Shown here: positions 20,445-30,936 of the stretch, in pieces
Numbering within the stretch: the first letter of the stretch is position 1
How the letters are laid out: every line of letters starts with the position of its first letter
Source: Nitrospirales bacterium
GTDB taxonomy: Bacteria > Nitrospirota > Nitrospiria > Nitrospirales > UBA8639
Direction of reading: 5' to 3'
Assembly (NCBI GenBank): GCA_965223295.1
Contig: CBDCWC010000003.1
Coordinates: 1,120,001 to 1,184,000 of the forward strand
DNA length: 64,000 nt
The notes under the pieces: generated by a model
Seen by the model: only the letters and a program-made list of their open reading frames with translations
Told to the model about the DNA's origin: nothing
Databases searched by the model: none
Position numbers and translations under genes: made by a program

Positions 20445-20855
20445 CTACAATTTGACTTGCGGCTCAAATAACACCTGGATAGTGTTGGAATCAGGATCGG
20501 CTAAGTAAAAGGAGAAACTGCCATCGCGATGCAGCTTTGGCGGCTGCACAATAGTTACACCTTGCCCCGAGACTTCTTGATACATGGCATTGACACTTTC
20601 CGGTGAATCCATCAAAAACCCCAAATGATCCAGAGGATGATGAGGTGACGGCACAAATTTCTCAAATTCTTCACTGGGAACTTGATGGAGCGCCAAATTA
20701 TCAACTCCAGTGCTGAGATAGACATTGTCCGAATCAGGTTGCCATACCACCTTCATGTCAAAGAGCCGCTCATAAAAGGCTTGGGAAACTTTGACGTCCT
20801 GCACTCGAAGCGCAAGATGGCGTAAACCTCGTGTTTTTCCTGTATGTTCCATCAA
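20445..20855 (-). CDS. VOC/glyoxalase family protein
   Basis: GLRHLALRV, FYERLF, LDHLGF, FYLADPDSNTIQV. Confidence 0.9.
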   Translation of the reverse strand: MMEHTGKTRGLRHLALRVQDVKVSQAFYERLFDMKVVWQPDSDNVYLSTGVDNLALHQVPSEEFEKFVPSPHHPLDHLGFLMDSPESVNAMYQEVSGQGVTIVQPPKLHRDGSFSFYLADPDSNTIQVLFEPQVKL

Positions 20856-21023
20856 GTAGCTACCTTTCAGTATCTTTTCGCCAAACCTTTCTGCTTGCTC
20901 CTTGTCAAAGGTTTGGCATCATACCCAGGACCTCCGGAGGGAGCAAGTTCAAGATCGGATATGGTATTCTCTAGAAAAAGATTATTCATATTTCAGAGAA
21001 TGAATAGCACAGGAGTACAGGTC

Positions 21024-21893
21024 ATGCCCACATTAATGTTCCGACGAGTCCTACAAATCATCACCTGTGGACTGCTCATCATCACATTTGTTTCATATGA
21101 ACAAGTATTTGCCGCCTCCACGAAATTGCCGCCAACGCTGACTGGTAAAGATGGGGCTCCCATGGCCCTGATTCCCGAAGGCTCCTTTCACATGGGCGTT
21201 CCCCATGCAGCTCGGGACGGCGGTGTCGATGAACGGCCCAATCACGAGGTCTTTCTGAAGAATTACTATATGGATATCTATGAAGTGACGAATGGGCGAT
21301 ACCTGCAATTCGTGACAGAGACGGGCCATCGTGCCCCGCAACATCCCACCGATGAGACGAGGAATCTTTGGAAAGGGAATATGATGCCGGAATCCGTCAC
21401 CGACCTTCCGGTGATTAATGTAGATTGGTTTGACGCCGAAGCCTATTGTCGCTGGGCCGGGAAACGGTTGCCGACGGAAGCCGAATGGGAAAAGGCTGCC
21501 AAAGGGGACAATGACTGGCGCTTTGCTTGGGGTGATGTAGAACCCACGAACGAACATGCCAACTTTAATCAACTCGCCTGGCGTGGAGAAGCCACCTTAG
21601 TGCAGGTAGGGATCTATGAAAAAGGGAAAAGTCCTTACGGCATCTATGATGTCGCTGGCAATGTCTGGGAATGGGTTTCTGATTGGTATCAGGTGGACTA
21701 CTATTCCCATAGCCCCAAAGAGAACCCTCAAGGGCCGGCGAGCGGGACCTACAAAGCCGTTCGTAGTTCTGGCTGGCAGGGAGAGACTCCTCAAATGCGC
21801 GTGTTTACTCGAATCAAAAGTCTGCCCAACGATCGAAATGATTCGACCGGCTTTCGTTGTGTGCAAGACGTTCCCTCCCATACCTCGCCTTAA
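21024..21893 (+). CDS. SUMF1/FGE-sulfatase domain exported protein
   Basis: F.MG, YEVTNG.Y, PVINVDWFDA..YC.WAGKRLPTEAEWEKAA, YDVAGNVWEW, GFRC. Confidence 0.92.
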   Translation: MPTLMFRRVLQIITCGLLIITFVSYEQVFAASTKLPPTLTGKDGAPMALIPEGSFHMGVPHAARDGGVDERPNHEVFLKNYYMDIYEVTNGRYLQFVTETGHRAPQHPTDETRNLWKGNMMPESVTDLPVINVDWFDAEAYCRWAGKRLPTEAEWEKAAKGDNDWRFAWGDVEPTNEHANFNQLAWRGEATLVQVGIYEKGKSPYGIYDVAGNVWEWVSDWYQVDYYSHSPKENPQGPASGTYKAVRSSGWQGETPQMRVFTRIKSLPNDRNDSTGFRCVQDVPSHTSP

Positions 21894-21905
21894 ATAAAGA
21901 TCCTG

Positions 21906-22766
21906 TTGTCTACTCAAGGCAAGAGCGGATTCCAAGGCCTCCGGGTTGGCGCGTTGGAAAGCCGAATGGCTTCCGAGATGGAACGGTTCATCATCCGCCA
22001 CGGCGGCATTCCTGTCGTAGCTCCCTCCATGCAAGAAGTTCCCCTCTCTGAGCATTCTCAAGCTCTGACTTTTGGCAAGACACTTCTTTCTGGGGAAGTT
22101 GATGTGGTTGTACTCTTGACCGGAGTCGGCTGTCGAACGTTACTAGAAATTCTAGAAACCCAGCATTCTCAGGAAGCCATTAAGCACGCACTAGAGAAAG
22201 TGATTATAGTCGTCCGTGGTCCCAAACCTGGAGGAGTGGTTAAATCACTTGGGCTCCAGGCGCACATTCAAGTCTCAGAACCAAATACTTGGAGAGATAT
22301 TTTGGATGCTCTGGATAAGAATTATCCAGACGGACTGGGAGGGAAAAAAGTGGCAGTCCAAGAATATGGAGTCAGCAATCCAGAATTATTAGAAGGGCTC
22401 AGAAGACGGGGAGCCCAGGTGACTCCTCTTCCGATCTATCGATGGACCATGCCCGATGATCTAAAACCTCTTCAACACCTGGCAAAGCAAATCCTCAAAA
22501 GTGAAATCCCCGTCCTTCTTATTACCAATACCGTTCAGGTGGATCATCTCATGAAAATAGTTCTAGAAAACTCAACCAGCAATCAACTCCAACCAGTACT
22601 GAAGCACATGATGATCGCTTCCATCGGCCAATTAGCTAGCGAGCGACTTCGGCACCATGGATTCCCGGTCGACTTAGAACCTTCCCATCCAAGAATGGGG
22701 ATCCTCGTCAAAGAAGCCAGCCAACAAGCTCACTCCATCCTAGAATCCAAACAACGATTCTCTTAA
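21906..22766 (+). CDS. hemD: Uroporphyrinogen-III synthase
   Basis: ALESR, TGVG, RGPKP, VQEYG, PIYRW, ASIG motifs. Confidence 0.85.
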   Translation: MSTQGKSGFQGLRVGALESRMASEMERFIIRHGGIPVVAPSMQEVPLSEHSQALTFGKTLLSGEVDVVVLLTGVGCRTLLEILETQHSQEAIKHALEKVIIVVRGPKPGGVVKSLGLQAHIQVSEPNTWRDILDALDKNYPDGLGGKKVAVQEYGVSNPELLEGLRRRGAQVTPLPIYRWTMPDDLKPLQHLAKQILKSEIPVLLITNTVQVDHLMKIVLENSTSNQLQPVLKHMMIASIGQLASERLRHHGFPVDLEPSHPRMGILVKEASQQAHSILESKQRFS

Positions 22767-22788
22767 CCGTATTTGGAGATTCCTTTTC

Positions 22789-22977
22789 TTGACGCCTGCC
22801 GTCCGCTTCTGGGATGGACGCTCCCATTACATAGCGGACCTTGTCTGAGCGCAGCGAGTTGGTCCGCCCTTCCTTTCTAGCGTCTATCCCTTCCGATAAG
22901 TCAGGACGGGGCGTCAATGGTTTTGGGTCCTTTTGCCGAAACAAAAGGGCCTCGACCGCCGGGACGAAACCCGGCAA
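22789..22977 (+). repeat. Family-2 structured intergenic repeat, copy A
   Basis: Shares TGAGCGCAGCGAGTT and the 31-nt TGGTTTTGGGTCCTTTTGCCGAAACAAAAGG with 30937-31116; enclosing stem TTGACGCC...GGCGTCAA. Confidence 0.8.
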
Positions 22978-23005
22978 TTATATTTTACGAACGAATAACT
23001 CCATT

Positions 23006-23507
23006 TCAATGCCCTAAATGCCAAAAATGGACAGTACCATTTTGTCTGTTAGTGGCCATGAAACTTTCTCCGCTGTTATCACAACGAAAAAATTTAAGAT
23101 GAGGATTAGTTGCTAGATCCCTTTCCATGTTGTGAACAAAACTAGAAAACAAATCTAACGTTCTGTTTCTTGGGAATACCACATTTTCTTTCTTCAAGGG
23201 ATGACATATTTGAAGGTTAAATTCATGGACTTTCAAATAAGTAAAGGTCAACCAAACTTGATTGGTGTCAATATCGTGAGAGGCATGAATATTCTTTGCT
23301 AAATCAGGTACCCAAAGTGGAATCCATCCACTCTGAAAAGCCTTTTTTTGAACCATCTCTTTATAGGAATCATAAAAAACTATAGGTCTTTCAATTCTTT
23401 TAAGAATGATGAGACTTTCTTTTAAGAATGATGAGACTTCCTAGGAACAACGACAAGATGACCAAGGTAGCAACCAGAATTCTTCGATAATAATTAGCCA
23501 TAGCCAT
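23006..23507 (-). pseudogene. AT-rich membrane-anchored hypothetical protein split by a 22-bp tandem duplication
   Basis: TCTTTTAAGAATGATGAGACTT occurs at 23396-23417 and 23418-23439; removing one copy joins ORFs 23400-23600 and 23006-23356 into one 159-aa ORF. Confidence 0.8.
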
Positions 23508-23688
23508 CACTCTTGCTTGTCGTAATCTCTGGAAAATAGATATATATTTTCTCCTAATTTTAGAAGTCCTAGAATAAATATGGAGGATTGAGTTGCACAA
23601 ACAATCTTAATTTGGCCCACCTTTCCATATCCTGGTTCGATCCCAACGGAAAAGGCCAGACATTACTAACCTCTTTTAACATTCATAA

Positions 23689-24156
23689 CTAAAAAAGGAA
23701 GGGAATGATTCGTTTCGTTCGTAGCCTATACTCTTTATATGAAGGGAACCGCATCAGTAGAAGCTGTTCTTCATAGTTCAGTTTTACCCACAACGTCACC
23801 ACCAAACCTACCCACAAGATCATCCGAAACGGGAACGGATTCGCGAGCACCCACGCCAGCGTAATCAGCAACAGGCTGGTATACATGGGATGCCTCGCCC
23901 AACGATACGGGCCATGGACCACCAACCGTCCATGTTGAGGAATTTCCGGAAACGCCCGAATGTTTCCCAGACCCATGGCAAAAAAAGCCCATAGTCCAAT
24001 CACTCCACCCAACAACATCATTCCCTTTCCACTCCAATGGTTCGGCCACAAGGGTCCGGCCAATAGAATCAGACCTATCCACAAAAATTGTATGAGGACT
24101 AGCATGATAGACAACCATGAATGGGAGTTGCCTTGAGGATTAGTGAATTCCGTCAC
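23689..24156 (-). CDS. Isoprenylcysteine carboxyl methyltransferase (ICMT/PEMT) family membrane protein
   Basis: LVVHGPYRWARHPMYTS, EEQLL..RF..Y.EY...TKRIIPFLF. Confidence 0.9.
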   Translation of the reverse strand: MTEFTNPQGNSHSWLSIMLVLIQFLWIGLILLAGPLWPNHWSGKGMMLLGGVIGLWAFFAMGLGNIRAFPEIPQHGRLVVHGPYRWARHPMYTSLLLITLAWVLANPFPFRMILWVGLVVTLWVKLNYEEQLLLMRFPSYKEYRLRTKRIIPFLF

Positions 24157-24207
24157 AAATCACCCTGCTTCATTAAGATCCACCTAAAATCTTCCGACGA
24201 CATAGTT

Positions 24208-24328
24208 GGAGCTGTTGAAAAAAGCCGCCAGCGGTGTTCTCGCCAGTTTTCCGTACCAATGCACTGAAGGTACATTCCGCGCGCAAAACTGGCTGCGGCC
24301 TAACTGGGTGGACTTTCTTGACCGACCC
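24208..24328 (+). repeat. Family-1 MITE/REP-like repeat (diverged)
   Basis: GCTGTTGAAAAAAGCCGCCAGCGGTGTTCTCGCC...GCGCGCAAAACTGGCTGCGGCC...GACTTTCTTGACCGACCC. Confidence 0.8.
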
Positions 24329-24413
24329 GATGCTTCTGGCAACCCACACCTTCCTGAGGAAATACGTCCATTGATGTCTTCATTATTCCACATTTCCTAG
24401 TTGAGTGGGGACC

Positions 24414-25586
24414 ATGAATCAGACCGCTTCAAAACTCCACGATACACTTTTAGCGTCAACAAACTCAGCCGCGACGACCATAAGAAACACACTTCAAACC
24501 TCGGTCCTGAAACCGATCCTCCCAGCCGTATTTTTTTTCGCAGGTGTTACGTATGATTCTCTCACGTTAACACGCATTGACCGCCTCCTAGACAATCTCA
24601 TTCTTCTCCTCTATCTCGCGATCCTGGGCGTCCTCATCATTCTGACTGGCCGATTTCAGTTAGGTCTCATTCCTCCCGCGTCTGACAGAAATTCTTGGAC
24701 GGCCCTTTCCTTGACTCATCGCGCACAGCCTCATTTCGCTAAAGCCCTACAATTTTTCCTGGGAGGTCTCTTCAGTGCCTATGCCATCTTTTATTTTCAA
24801 AGTGCCTCGTTGTCTACTACCGCAATTTTTTTGGGAATAATTATTGGAGTTCTCATTGCCAACGAGTTTCTGCAATCGCGATATTCCAGTCTAAAAATGC
24901 TGGTCAGTTTGTTTGCACTTGTGACACTCAGTTTTTTCACATTTTTCTTACCTGTCCTCACGGGTTTGATGAACAGTGCGATATTTGTCATTGGGGCTTT
25001 CTTGACGGGCGCCATTGTCTGGAAGATAGTACGTCTCACACTTCAAGGCCTTCCTCATCTATCACGACATACAGCATTTTCGATAAGTTTCCCCGCGTTT
25101 GGAATGGTGACTCTCTGCATCATCTTGTATTTTTTAAATTGGATTCCGCCTATTCCTCTCTCGTTAAAATTCGGCGGCATCTATCATGGAATCGAAAAAC
25201 ATCAGGACGAATACCTCCTCACCTATGAAAAAGGTCCATGGTACGCAATGTGGAAACATTCAAACGATCGAATGAAAAGTGAAGCTCCGGTCTATTGTTT
25301 CTCTTCTGTGTTTGCTCCCGTCACCCTTCAAACAACTATCTATCATCATTGGCAATGGCGACCATTCAATACAACAGAATCCTTCATGACGACCGACCGC
25401 ATTCCTATCAACATTATCGGCGGCCGTGAAACAGGATATCGTTCGTACACCACCAAACAACGCGTCCAGACTGGCGAATGGCGTGTTGATGTTGAAACAG
25501 AAGATGGGCGAATCCTTAGCCGCATGACATTCGTGGCTGAAGAAAATTTTTCTCCCGAACATGAGCTGATGACAATCATACGTTAA
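24414..25586 (+). CDS. DUF2914-domain multi-pass membrane protein
   Basis: Multiple TM helices, IPPIPLSL, C-terminal GGRETGYRSYTTK...GEWRVDVETEDGRIL. Confidence 0.8.
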   Translation: MNQTASKLHDTLLASTNSAATTIRNTLQTSVLKPILPAVFFFAGVTYDSLTLTRIDRLLDNLILLLYLAILGVLIILTGRFQLGLIPPASDRNSWTALSLTHRAQPHFAKALQFFLGGLFSAYAIFYFQSASLSTTAIFLGIIIGVLIANEFLQSRYSSLKMLVSLFALVTLSFFTFFLPVLTGLMNSAIFVIGAFLTGAIVWKIVRLTLQGLPHLSRHTAFSISFPAFGMVTLCIILYFLNWIPPIPLSLKFGGIYHGIEKHQDEYLLTYEKGPWYAMWKHSNDRMKSEAPVYCFSSVFAPVTLQTTIYHHWQWRPFNTTESFMTTDRIPINIIGGRETGYRSYTTKQRVQTGEWRVDVETEDGRILSRMTFVAEENFSPEHELMTIIR

Positions 25587-25961
25587 AATTTTTCTAAACA
25601 TCACGAAAAATTTTTTCACAATCCATGTCGTGGGAAAATTCTTTTTCATTCTTCCCGCATTTTGATTTCAAACAGACTGAAAAAAATTTAAATTTTTTCT
25701 GGCAATAATGAAACAAACATTGTAGTATATTTCACATAACATGATGCAGAACAACCGAAACACATTCTTACCAATTAATTTTTCTCTCTTCATTACCCTG
25801 CAAAAGATGTTTGTGCCCTGTTCCAATAGAACAATCGAATAACTCTAGTGTGGTCTCATACATCATTGACAAGTTCATGTTTCACGGACAACAACTCATC
25901 ATCATTGTTGAGTCTTTACTGCGGCATCGAGTCGCATCTATTCTGAAAGGGGGTGAGTGCA

Positions 25962-26099
25962 TTGGCCACAAAGAAAAAAGCGCCAGCTAAGAAAAAAGCT
26001 GCCAAGAAGAAAGCGCCGGCCAGAAAGAAGGCTGCCAAGAAAAAGGCACCGGCTAGAAAGAAAGCAACAAAGAAAAAAGCTGCTACGAAAAAGCGGTAG
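25962..26099 (+). CDS. Histone H1-like Lys/Ala-rich small basic protein (45 aa)
   Basis: Strong SD GAAAGGGGGTGA then TTG; MATKKKAPAKKKAAKKKAPARKKAAKKKAPARKKATKKKAATKKR*; terminator follows. Confidence 0.85.
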   Translation: MATKKKAPAKKKAAKKKAPARKKAAKKKAPARKKATKKKAATKKR

Positions 26100-26117
26100 A
26101 TTCTTCTGTTGCGCTGG

Positions 26118-26157
26118 AAAAACGCCGGATGGAGCGTGCTCCATCCGGCGTTTTTTT
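26118..26157 (+). terminator. Rho-independent terminator
   Basis: AAAAACGCCGGATGGAGC-GT-GCTCCATCCGGCG-TTTTTTT. Confidence 0.9.
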
Positions 26158-26360
26158 ACCTATTTCCTCTCTTTCTAGTTCAGTCAGCCGATGCACCGAA
26201 TAGACCTGCCCCTCGGCCGGCTTCCGTCACAATATCATTTCAATTGTATTTGTGCCCTACCAACTCTTGACGGCACGAACATCTACCTGAAATGATCAAA
26301 AACGACTGAGAATTTTAGATTTTATTGTTACGTTCTTGTTTGAGAAGGAAAGGTGTATTC

Positions 26361-27212
26361 ATGTCACACATGATTATTTCGATCTTGATGATGCTCACAT
26401 TTACCCAACTAGTATTGGGATTCGCGTTACCATCAGCTTGGGCAGCAGATTCACCTAAAGATGCGGCTAAACAGTCTGCTTCAGCTATGCAACGTCAAGC
26501 GAACGAAGAATTGGCCACTCTTCGGAAGAAACCTGAAGAATTTCGCACCTTGGTGACGGGTATACAGATATTCTTAGGACGATTCGGATATGGAGTTGGA
26601 CCATTCACGGGGGAACTTGATGAGAAAACCAAGCAAGCCTTAACCGCCTATCAAAAAAAAACGGGATTGTCGGTTACCGGAGACATCAACTTTGAAACCT
26701 TACAACGGTTAACTGAGGACGATCAGGTCCTCAACAGGATTGTTCCCTATCTTCCTCCTATCCAGGCTCGCAAGGAGGAATGGGAAAAATGGATCGATGT
26801 GAAGGGAAGTTGGATGCTCAAAGAAGGCAATACGGACGATGTCTTGCATACCTCAAGAATTACGTGCATGCAAGAATTTCAACGCTGTATTAATTCCACC
26901 GCTTCGTTAGTGAACGGACCATCACCAAAACTGATGGTCCATACCCATGTGTATGATGTGAAAGAATGGGATGAGAATAAAATTGTCTCGCATCCCTATG
27001 ATGGGGAAGCCTGCGCAGTGAGCATCCTTCGCATTTCCAAAAAACCTCTGCTGGCAACCCGGTTCGTGTCACTGAAAAGCAGTCCAGGTCCCTGTTCCAA
27101 GGTCAAGCCTGAAGACCGGCAATATGTTCTGGATGACGGGACGAAGGTCTATCAAGCGCTGAAGATACAAAAATCCAATGCCATCAAAGAAATTTTGCAG
27201 GTTGCCCAATAA
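26361..27212 (+). CDS. Exported protein with peptidoglycan-binding (PG_binding_1-like) domain
   Basis: Signal peptide ending SAWA; IQIFLGRFGY..GPFTGELDEKTKQALTAYQKKTGL.VTG. Confidence 0.85.
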   Translation: MSHMIISILMMLTFTQLVLGFALPSAWAADSPKDAAKQSASAMQRQANEELATLRKKPEEFRTLVTGIQIFLGRFGYGVGPFTGELDEKTKQALTAYQKKTGLSVTGDINFETLQRLTEDDQVLNRIVPYLPPIQARKEEWEKWIDVKGSWMLKEGNTDDVLHTSRITCMQEFQRCINSTASLVNGPSPKLMVHTHVYDVKEWDENKIVSHPYDGEACAVSILRISKKPLLATRFVSLKSSPGPCSKVKPEDRQYVLDDGTKVYQALKIQKSNAIKEILQVAQ

Positions 27213-27457
27213 GTAAGTGAGGAGTGAAAAGTAAGAAGTAAAAAGAGCTGATTTGTGGGAAATGGAGAATAGCCTAGGAAGTCATTCTCGCGTTACCAAG
27301 CTTTTGATCCTTCACTTACGACTTCAACGCGGGAATCTAACATTCCCAGCTCTTACAGAGAAAAGGCTGATGCTTCCCCGATTGACAAGTAATCAGAAAT
27401 TACGACTGGGGGAATCTCTCTCATTTGACGTTTCACGCCTCAGAGTTTTCCACCTGG

Positions 27458-27805
27458 TTATCCTTTTCCACGGTAGACCCAAGAAAAATACAAGCCTGCG
27501 ACAGCTATCGTAAACAATTGAATAGTATGAAGGATGGGACTACGAAGCGCTCCTTCTGAAGGAGGAGAAAGAATAAAATGAAATCCTAGAAATTCCGGAG
27601 TTTGGTCTAATGGCGTTTGCCACGGAGGAAAGAGGACGGCCAGAATCAACATTCCAACCATGATATACAGAATTCGCAGATTCAACGACTCATGTTGAGG
27701 CTCCAGCTTTGACGGGCGATCTGCCCGATTGCCACATTTTGGGCAAAACCGACCATTCACGGAAAGCTCATTGCCACAGAACGAACAGGGTTTTGTCACA
27801 CTCAT
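27458..27805 (-). CDS. Zinc-ribbon membrane protein
   Basis: CSFCG...FCPKCG followed by TM segments (LFPPW). Confidence 0.75.
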   Translation of the reverse strand: MSVTKPCSFCGNELSVNGRFCPKCGNRADRPSKLEPQHESLNLRILYIMVGMLILAVLFPPWQTPLDQTPEFLGFHFILSPPSEGALRSPILHTIQLFTIAVAGLYFSWVYRGKG

Positions 27806-28135
27806 GATCTGGCCGACTTTCTTCACAACACACCCTAACAGAGCCAACGTTAACCATTCAGGGAGTGTTGATAGACTTCGCCTTAGATTCACACTGAACG
27901 CCGATCCAATTTTCCTGATTTTCTCATCGATCCTGTAGTATATCCTCAAAGAAACATTTGACCAATTTCATTTTCATTTCTATAATTTATCCAAGACTAT
28001 CACCTCCTCTTCTTCTTTACACCACGATGGCACACCTCACCTCACTTTGACCACGGCTTTTCTCCATCGACTCATTACTCAACTGGGTTATCCAGTCCAT
28101 CGTTTCCTCTTGTACTTACAGTTGAAGGACCAATC

Positions 28136-29203
28136 GTGACCACTTCTTCTTTCCGAGTGATTTCTGTCATTGGAGCTGGTGCATGGGGAACAGCGTTAGC
28201 TCACTTACTTGCCACAAAAGGCATGAATATCCGTCTCTGGGCTTACGAACCCGAAGTAGTATCGGACATTCAAACGCGGCGTGAAAATACGTGGTATCTG
28301 CCGAATGTGGTCCTCCCCAATTCCATTCAAGGCATGAACAGTTTGACGGATTGTATTCAGGACACGGATCTGATTGTACTGGCCGTGCCCTCTCATATTA
28401 TGGCTGATATGGTGAAGAAACTTCGCCCTCTTTTAAAAAAACTCGTCCCTATCACGATTGCAACGAAAGGGATTGAAGAAGACACTTTGCAATTAATGAG
28501 TCAGGTCGTGGAAAGCCATCTACCTGAAAAATGGCATCCGTGGTTGACGATTCTCTCTGGTCCTAGCTTTGCTGCTGAAGTTTGCCGCTGGAAACCCACC
28601 ACAATTTTACTAGCCGGACAGGACTTCAACCTGGTGAGCCGGTTGCAACAGGTCTTTCTCACCCCGCAATTTCGGGTCTATGCCGGACGGGACATGATTG
28701 GGGCGCAACTAGGCGGGGCCCTGAAAAATGTGATGGCGATCGCGGCGGGTATCGTAGACGGGTTAGACTTGGGTGCCAATGCCCGGGCTGCTCTCATCAC
28801 ACGAGGGTTGACAGAAATGATTCGGCTAGGCCAAGCAATGCGGGCCGACACCTCAACTTTTTACGGCCTCTCCGGCTTGGGAGATTTAGTCCTGACTTGC
28901 ACCGGTACCCTCAGCCGCAATTACCAAGTAGGACTCCAACTGGCAAAAGGTATGAATCGCGCAACATTGAGCGCGAACACTCGCACGGTGGCCGAAGGCA
29001 TTACGACTTCACGGGCAGCCTTGGCCTTGGCCTCAAAACATCATGTCGAGATGCCTATCGTCCAGGGCGTGTATGGCGTACTCTTTGAAGGGCACAATCC
29101 GCGCCATATTGTCAGTGACCTGATGTCGCGAACAGCCAAAAGTGAAGTCGAACGCGCGGGATCTTCAGGAATGCAAACATTTTTCTCCTCTAGTCATTCA
29201 TGA
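28136..29203 (+). CDS. gpsA: NAD(P)H-dependent glycerol-3-phosphate dehydrogenase
   Basis: GAGAWGTALA, ATKGIE, SGPSFA, GALKNV, GLSGLGDLVLTC, SRN. Confidence 0.96.
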   Translation: MTTSSFRVISVIGAGAWGTALAHLLATKGMNIRLWAYEPEVVSDIQTRRENTWYLPNVVLPNSIQGMNSLTDCIQDTDLIVLAVPSHIMADMVKKLRPLLKKLVPITIATKGIEEDTLQLMSQVVESHLPEKWHPWLTILSGPSFAAEVCRWKPTTILLAGQDFNLVSRLQQVFLTPQFRVYAGRDMIGAQLGGALKNVMAIAAGIVDGLDLGANARAALITRGLTEMIRLGQAMRADTSTFYGLSGLGDLVLTCTGTLSRNYQVGLQLAKGMNRATLSANTRTVAEGITTSRAALALASKHHVEMPIVQGVYGVLFEGHNPRHIVSDLMSRTAKSEVERAGSSGMQTFFSSSHS

Positions 29204-29976
29204 ATCAACACCATTTGACGCAATTGCTCAAGGAGGTCCGGAAAGGGACCACATCAATCCCAAAAGCTCTCAGCCAACTTCGCACACTTCCCTTTGAAGA
29301 TTTGGGGTTTGCCTCGGTCGATCATCACCGGACACTCAGACAAGGATTTCCCGAAGTCATCCTGTGCGAAGGGAAAACCTCATCCCAGATTCTTACCATT
29401 GCCAAGAAGTTGTTCAAATCTCATGGTCCCTTTCTGGCAACACGAGTGGATCCGGCTATCGCCAAACGGCTCACACGATTACACCGCCAGGCAGTCTATC
29501 ATGACATGGCCCGAGTGGTAGCAGTGGCAGATACCACACGAAAACCACAAGGGCTGATCGTCGTTGTCACGGCGGGAACTTCAGATATCCCAGTGGCAGA
29601 AGAGGCGCGAGTGACTGCGGAGGTCATGGGTAGCTACGTATCTACCCTCTATGATGTGGGTGTCGCCGGTATCCATCGGCTATTGGATCAGCAAGCCATA
29701 CTGCATGAAGCGCGAGCGGTGATTGTGGTGGCAGGGATGGATGGGGTTTTGCCAAGTGTGGTAGGTGGACTCGTTGATCGCCCTATTGTGGCTGTTCCTA
29801 CGAGCCAAGGCTATGGGGCAAACTTCGGTGGATTGGCCCCATTGCTTACCATGCTCAACGCCTGCTCCTCCGGCATTGGCGTCGTGAATATTGATAATGG
29901 ATTTGGAGCTGGGTGTTTAGCTCATCGCATCAATGTTGGGATGGGTTCGCCTCCGAAGGCGAAGAAAGGTCGGTAG
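29200..29976 (+). CDS. larB: Nickel pincer cofactor biosynthesis protein LarB
   Basis: DHHR..RQGFPEV, AGTSDIPVAEEA, DVGVAGIHRL, AGMDG.LPSVV, VVNIDNGFGA. Confidence 0.93.
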   Translation: MNQHHLTQLLKEVRKGTTSIPKALSQLRTLPFEDLGFASVDHHRTLRQGFPEVILCEGKTSSQILTIAKKLFKSHGPFLATRVDPAIAKRLTRLHRQAVYHDMARVVAVADTTRKPQGLIVVVTAGTSDIPVAEEARVTAEVMGSYVSTLYDVGVAGIHRLLDQQAILHEARAVIVVAGMDGVLPSVVGGLVDRPIVAVPTSQGYGANFGGLAPLLTMLNACSSGIGVVNIDNGFGAGCLAHRINVGMGSPPKAKKGR

Positions 29977-30817
29977 AGTCGGACTCCAGAGTTGATTCAG
30001 AAATTGTTTCTGTATTTTGGTCGGACAATCCTGCTGGTGCTTTCTGCTCATCAGAATCAGGTTCTATGAAATCGGTTTCCTTGAGCAATATCTCTTCTGA
30101 TATTTCGGCCGGCTCAAGATCCTCCATAATTTCATTCGTATGCTCTTGAGCTGATTCCCCTCCACTTGACTCTTCCAGAACCAGACCGCTCTCCTCCTCA
30201 ACACCAACACCTTCCTCAGAAGTAGAAGGATCCCCTTCGGCCAATTCCTCCTGTTGGAGTGCTTCAATTTCTTCAGGCAGCTCCGGCTCAGGGGGCAGGG
30301 GAGGTAGCACTTCTCCCGCATAGGCCAAAGCCTCCAAGGTTCCTTGCACTCTGTGGGACACCACTTTCGTTCTAGGACCTTCTCCTTTGTCTTCCATCAA
30401 TTTAGCTTGAATCTCGTAAAAATACGAGCCGTCAAGCACCAATTGATCATATTGGTCCTTGCCATCCCACACTAACTCAACTGGGACGAAACCGAGTAGA
30501 CCATTCTGTGTGGCTTCCTCAAGAGAAAGTCGTTGACTTAGAAAACTCATGGATTTTCGTGTGGGTGAAGTAATCAGCGCAGACACCTCCAAAATTTTGC
30601 TGGCCCTGGACGAAAGAGGCACCTTGACCATCATAGAAAGTCGTAACGGACTTTGCCCAATCACAAACGGATTCGGAGAGGTCTTCACCTGTTCAACTTT
30701 AATGGGAGAAACAAACCGCTTTCTCTTTTTCCGAGCATCTGCTGGCTCGCAAAGAAGACCCGTCACCATCAGTCCCAAACAAACGACCATCACCTTCGAC
30801 AAAATTCCTCTAAACAA
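29930..30817 (-). CDS. Exported hypothetical protein, FlgD-Ig-like domain plus acidic tail
   Basis: Signal peptide, SPNPF, VWDGKDQ...V.DG.Y.Y; Glu-rich C-terminus. Confidence 0.7.
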   Translation of the reverse strand: MFRGILSKVMVVCLGLMVTGLLCEPADARKKRKRFVSPIKVEQVKTSPNPFVIGQSPLRLSMMVKVPLSSRASKILEVSALITSPTRKSMSFLSQRLSLEEATQNGLLGFVPVELVWDGKDQYDQLVLDGSYFYEIQAKLMEDKGEGPRTKVVSHRVQGTLEALAYAGEVLPPLPPEPELPEEIEALQQEELAEGDPSTSEEGVGVEEESGLVLEESSGGESAQEHTNEIMEDLEPAEISEEILLKETDFIEPDSDEQKAPAGLSDQNTETISESTLESDSTDLSSPSEANPSQH

Positions 30818-30936
30818 CAGTCACCTCTTCTCTTGTTGCTATTTCAGACCACTGTTTACCATTGTGCCAAACAATTTCCCTTCACACCAATGAAATTCCA
30901 GAATTTTTGACCTTTTTTGATTTCTATGGCATCTGA

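Noticed and set aside
25938-26178. 68-aa (minus) and 73-aa (plus) ORFs in the track
   Set aside because: Wrong frames of the H1-like gene; the SD spacing fits TTG 25962.
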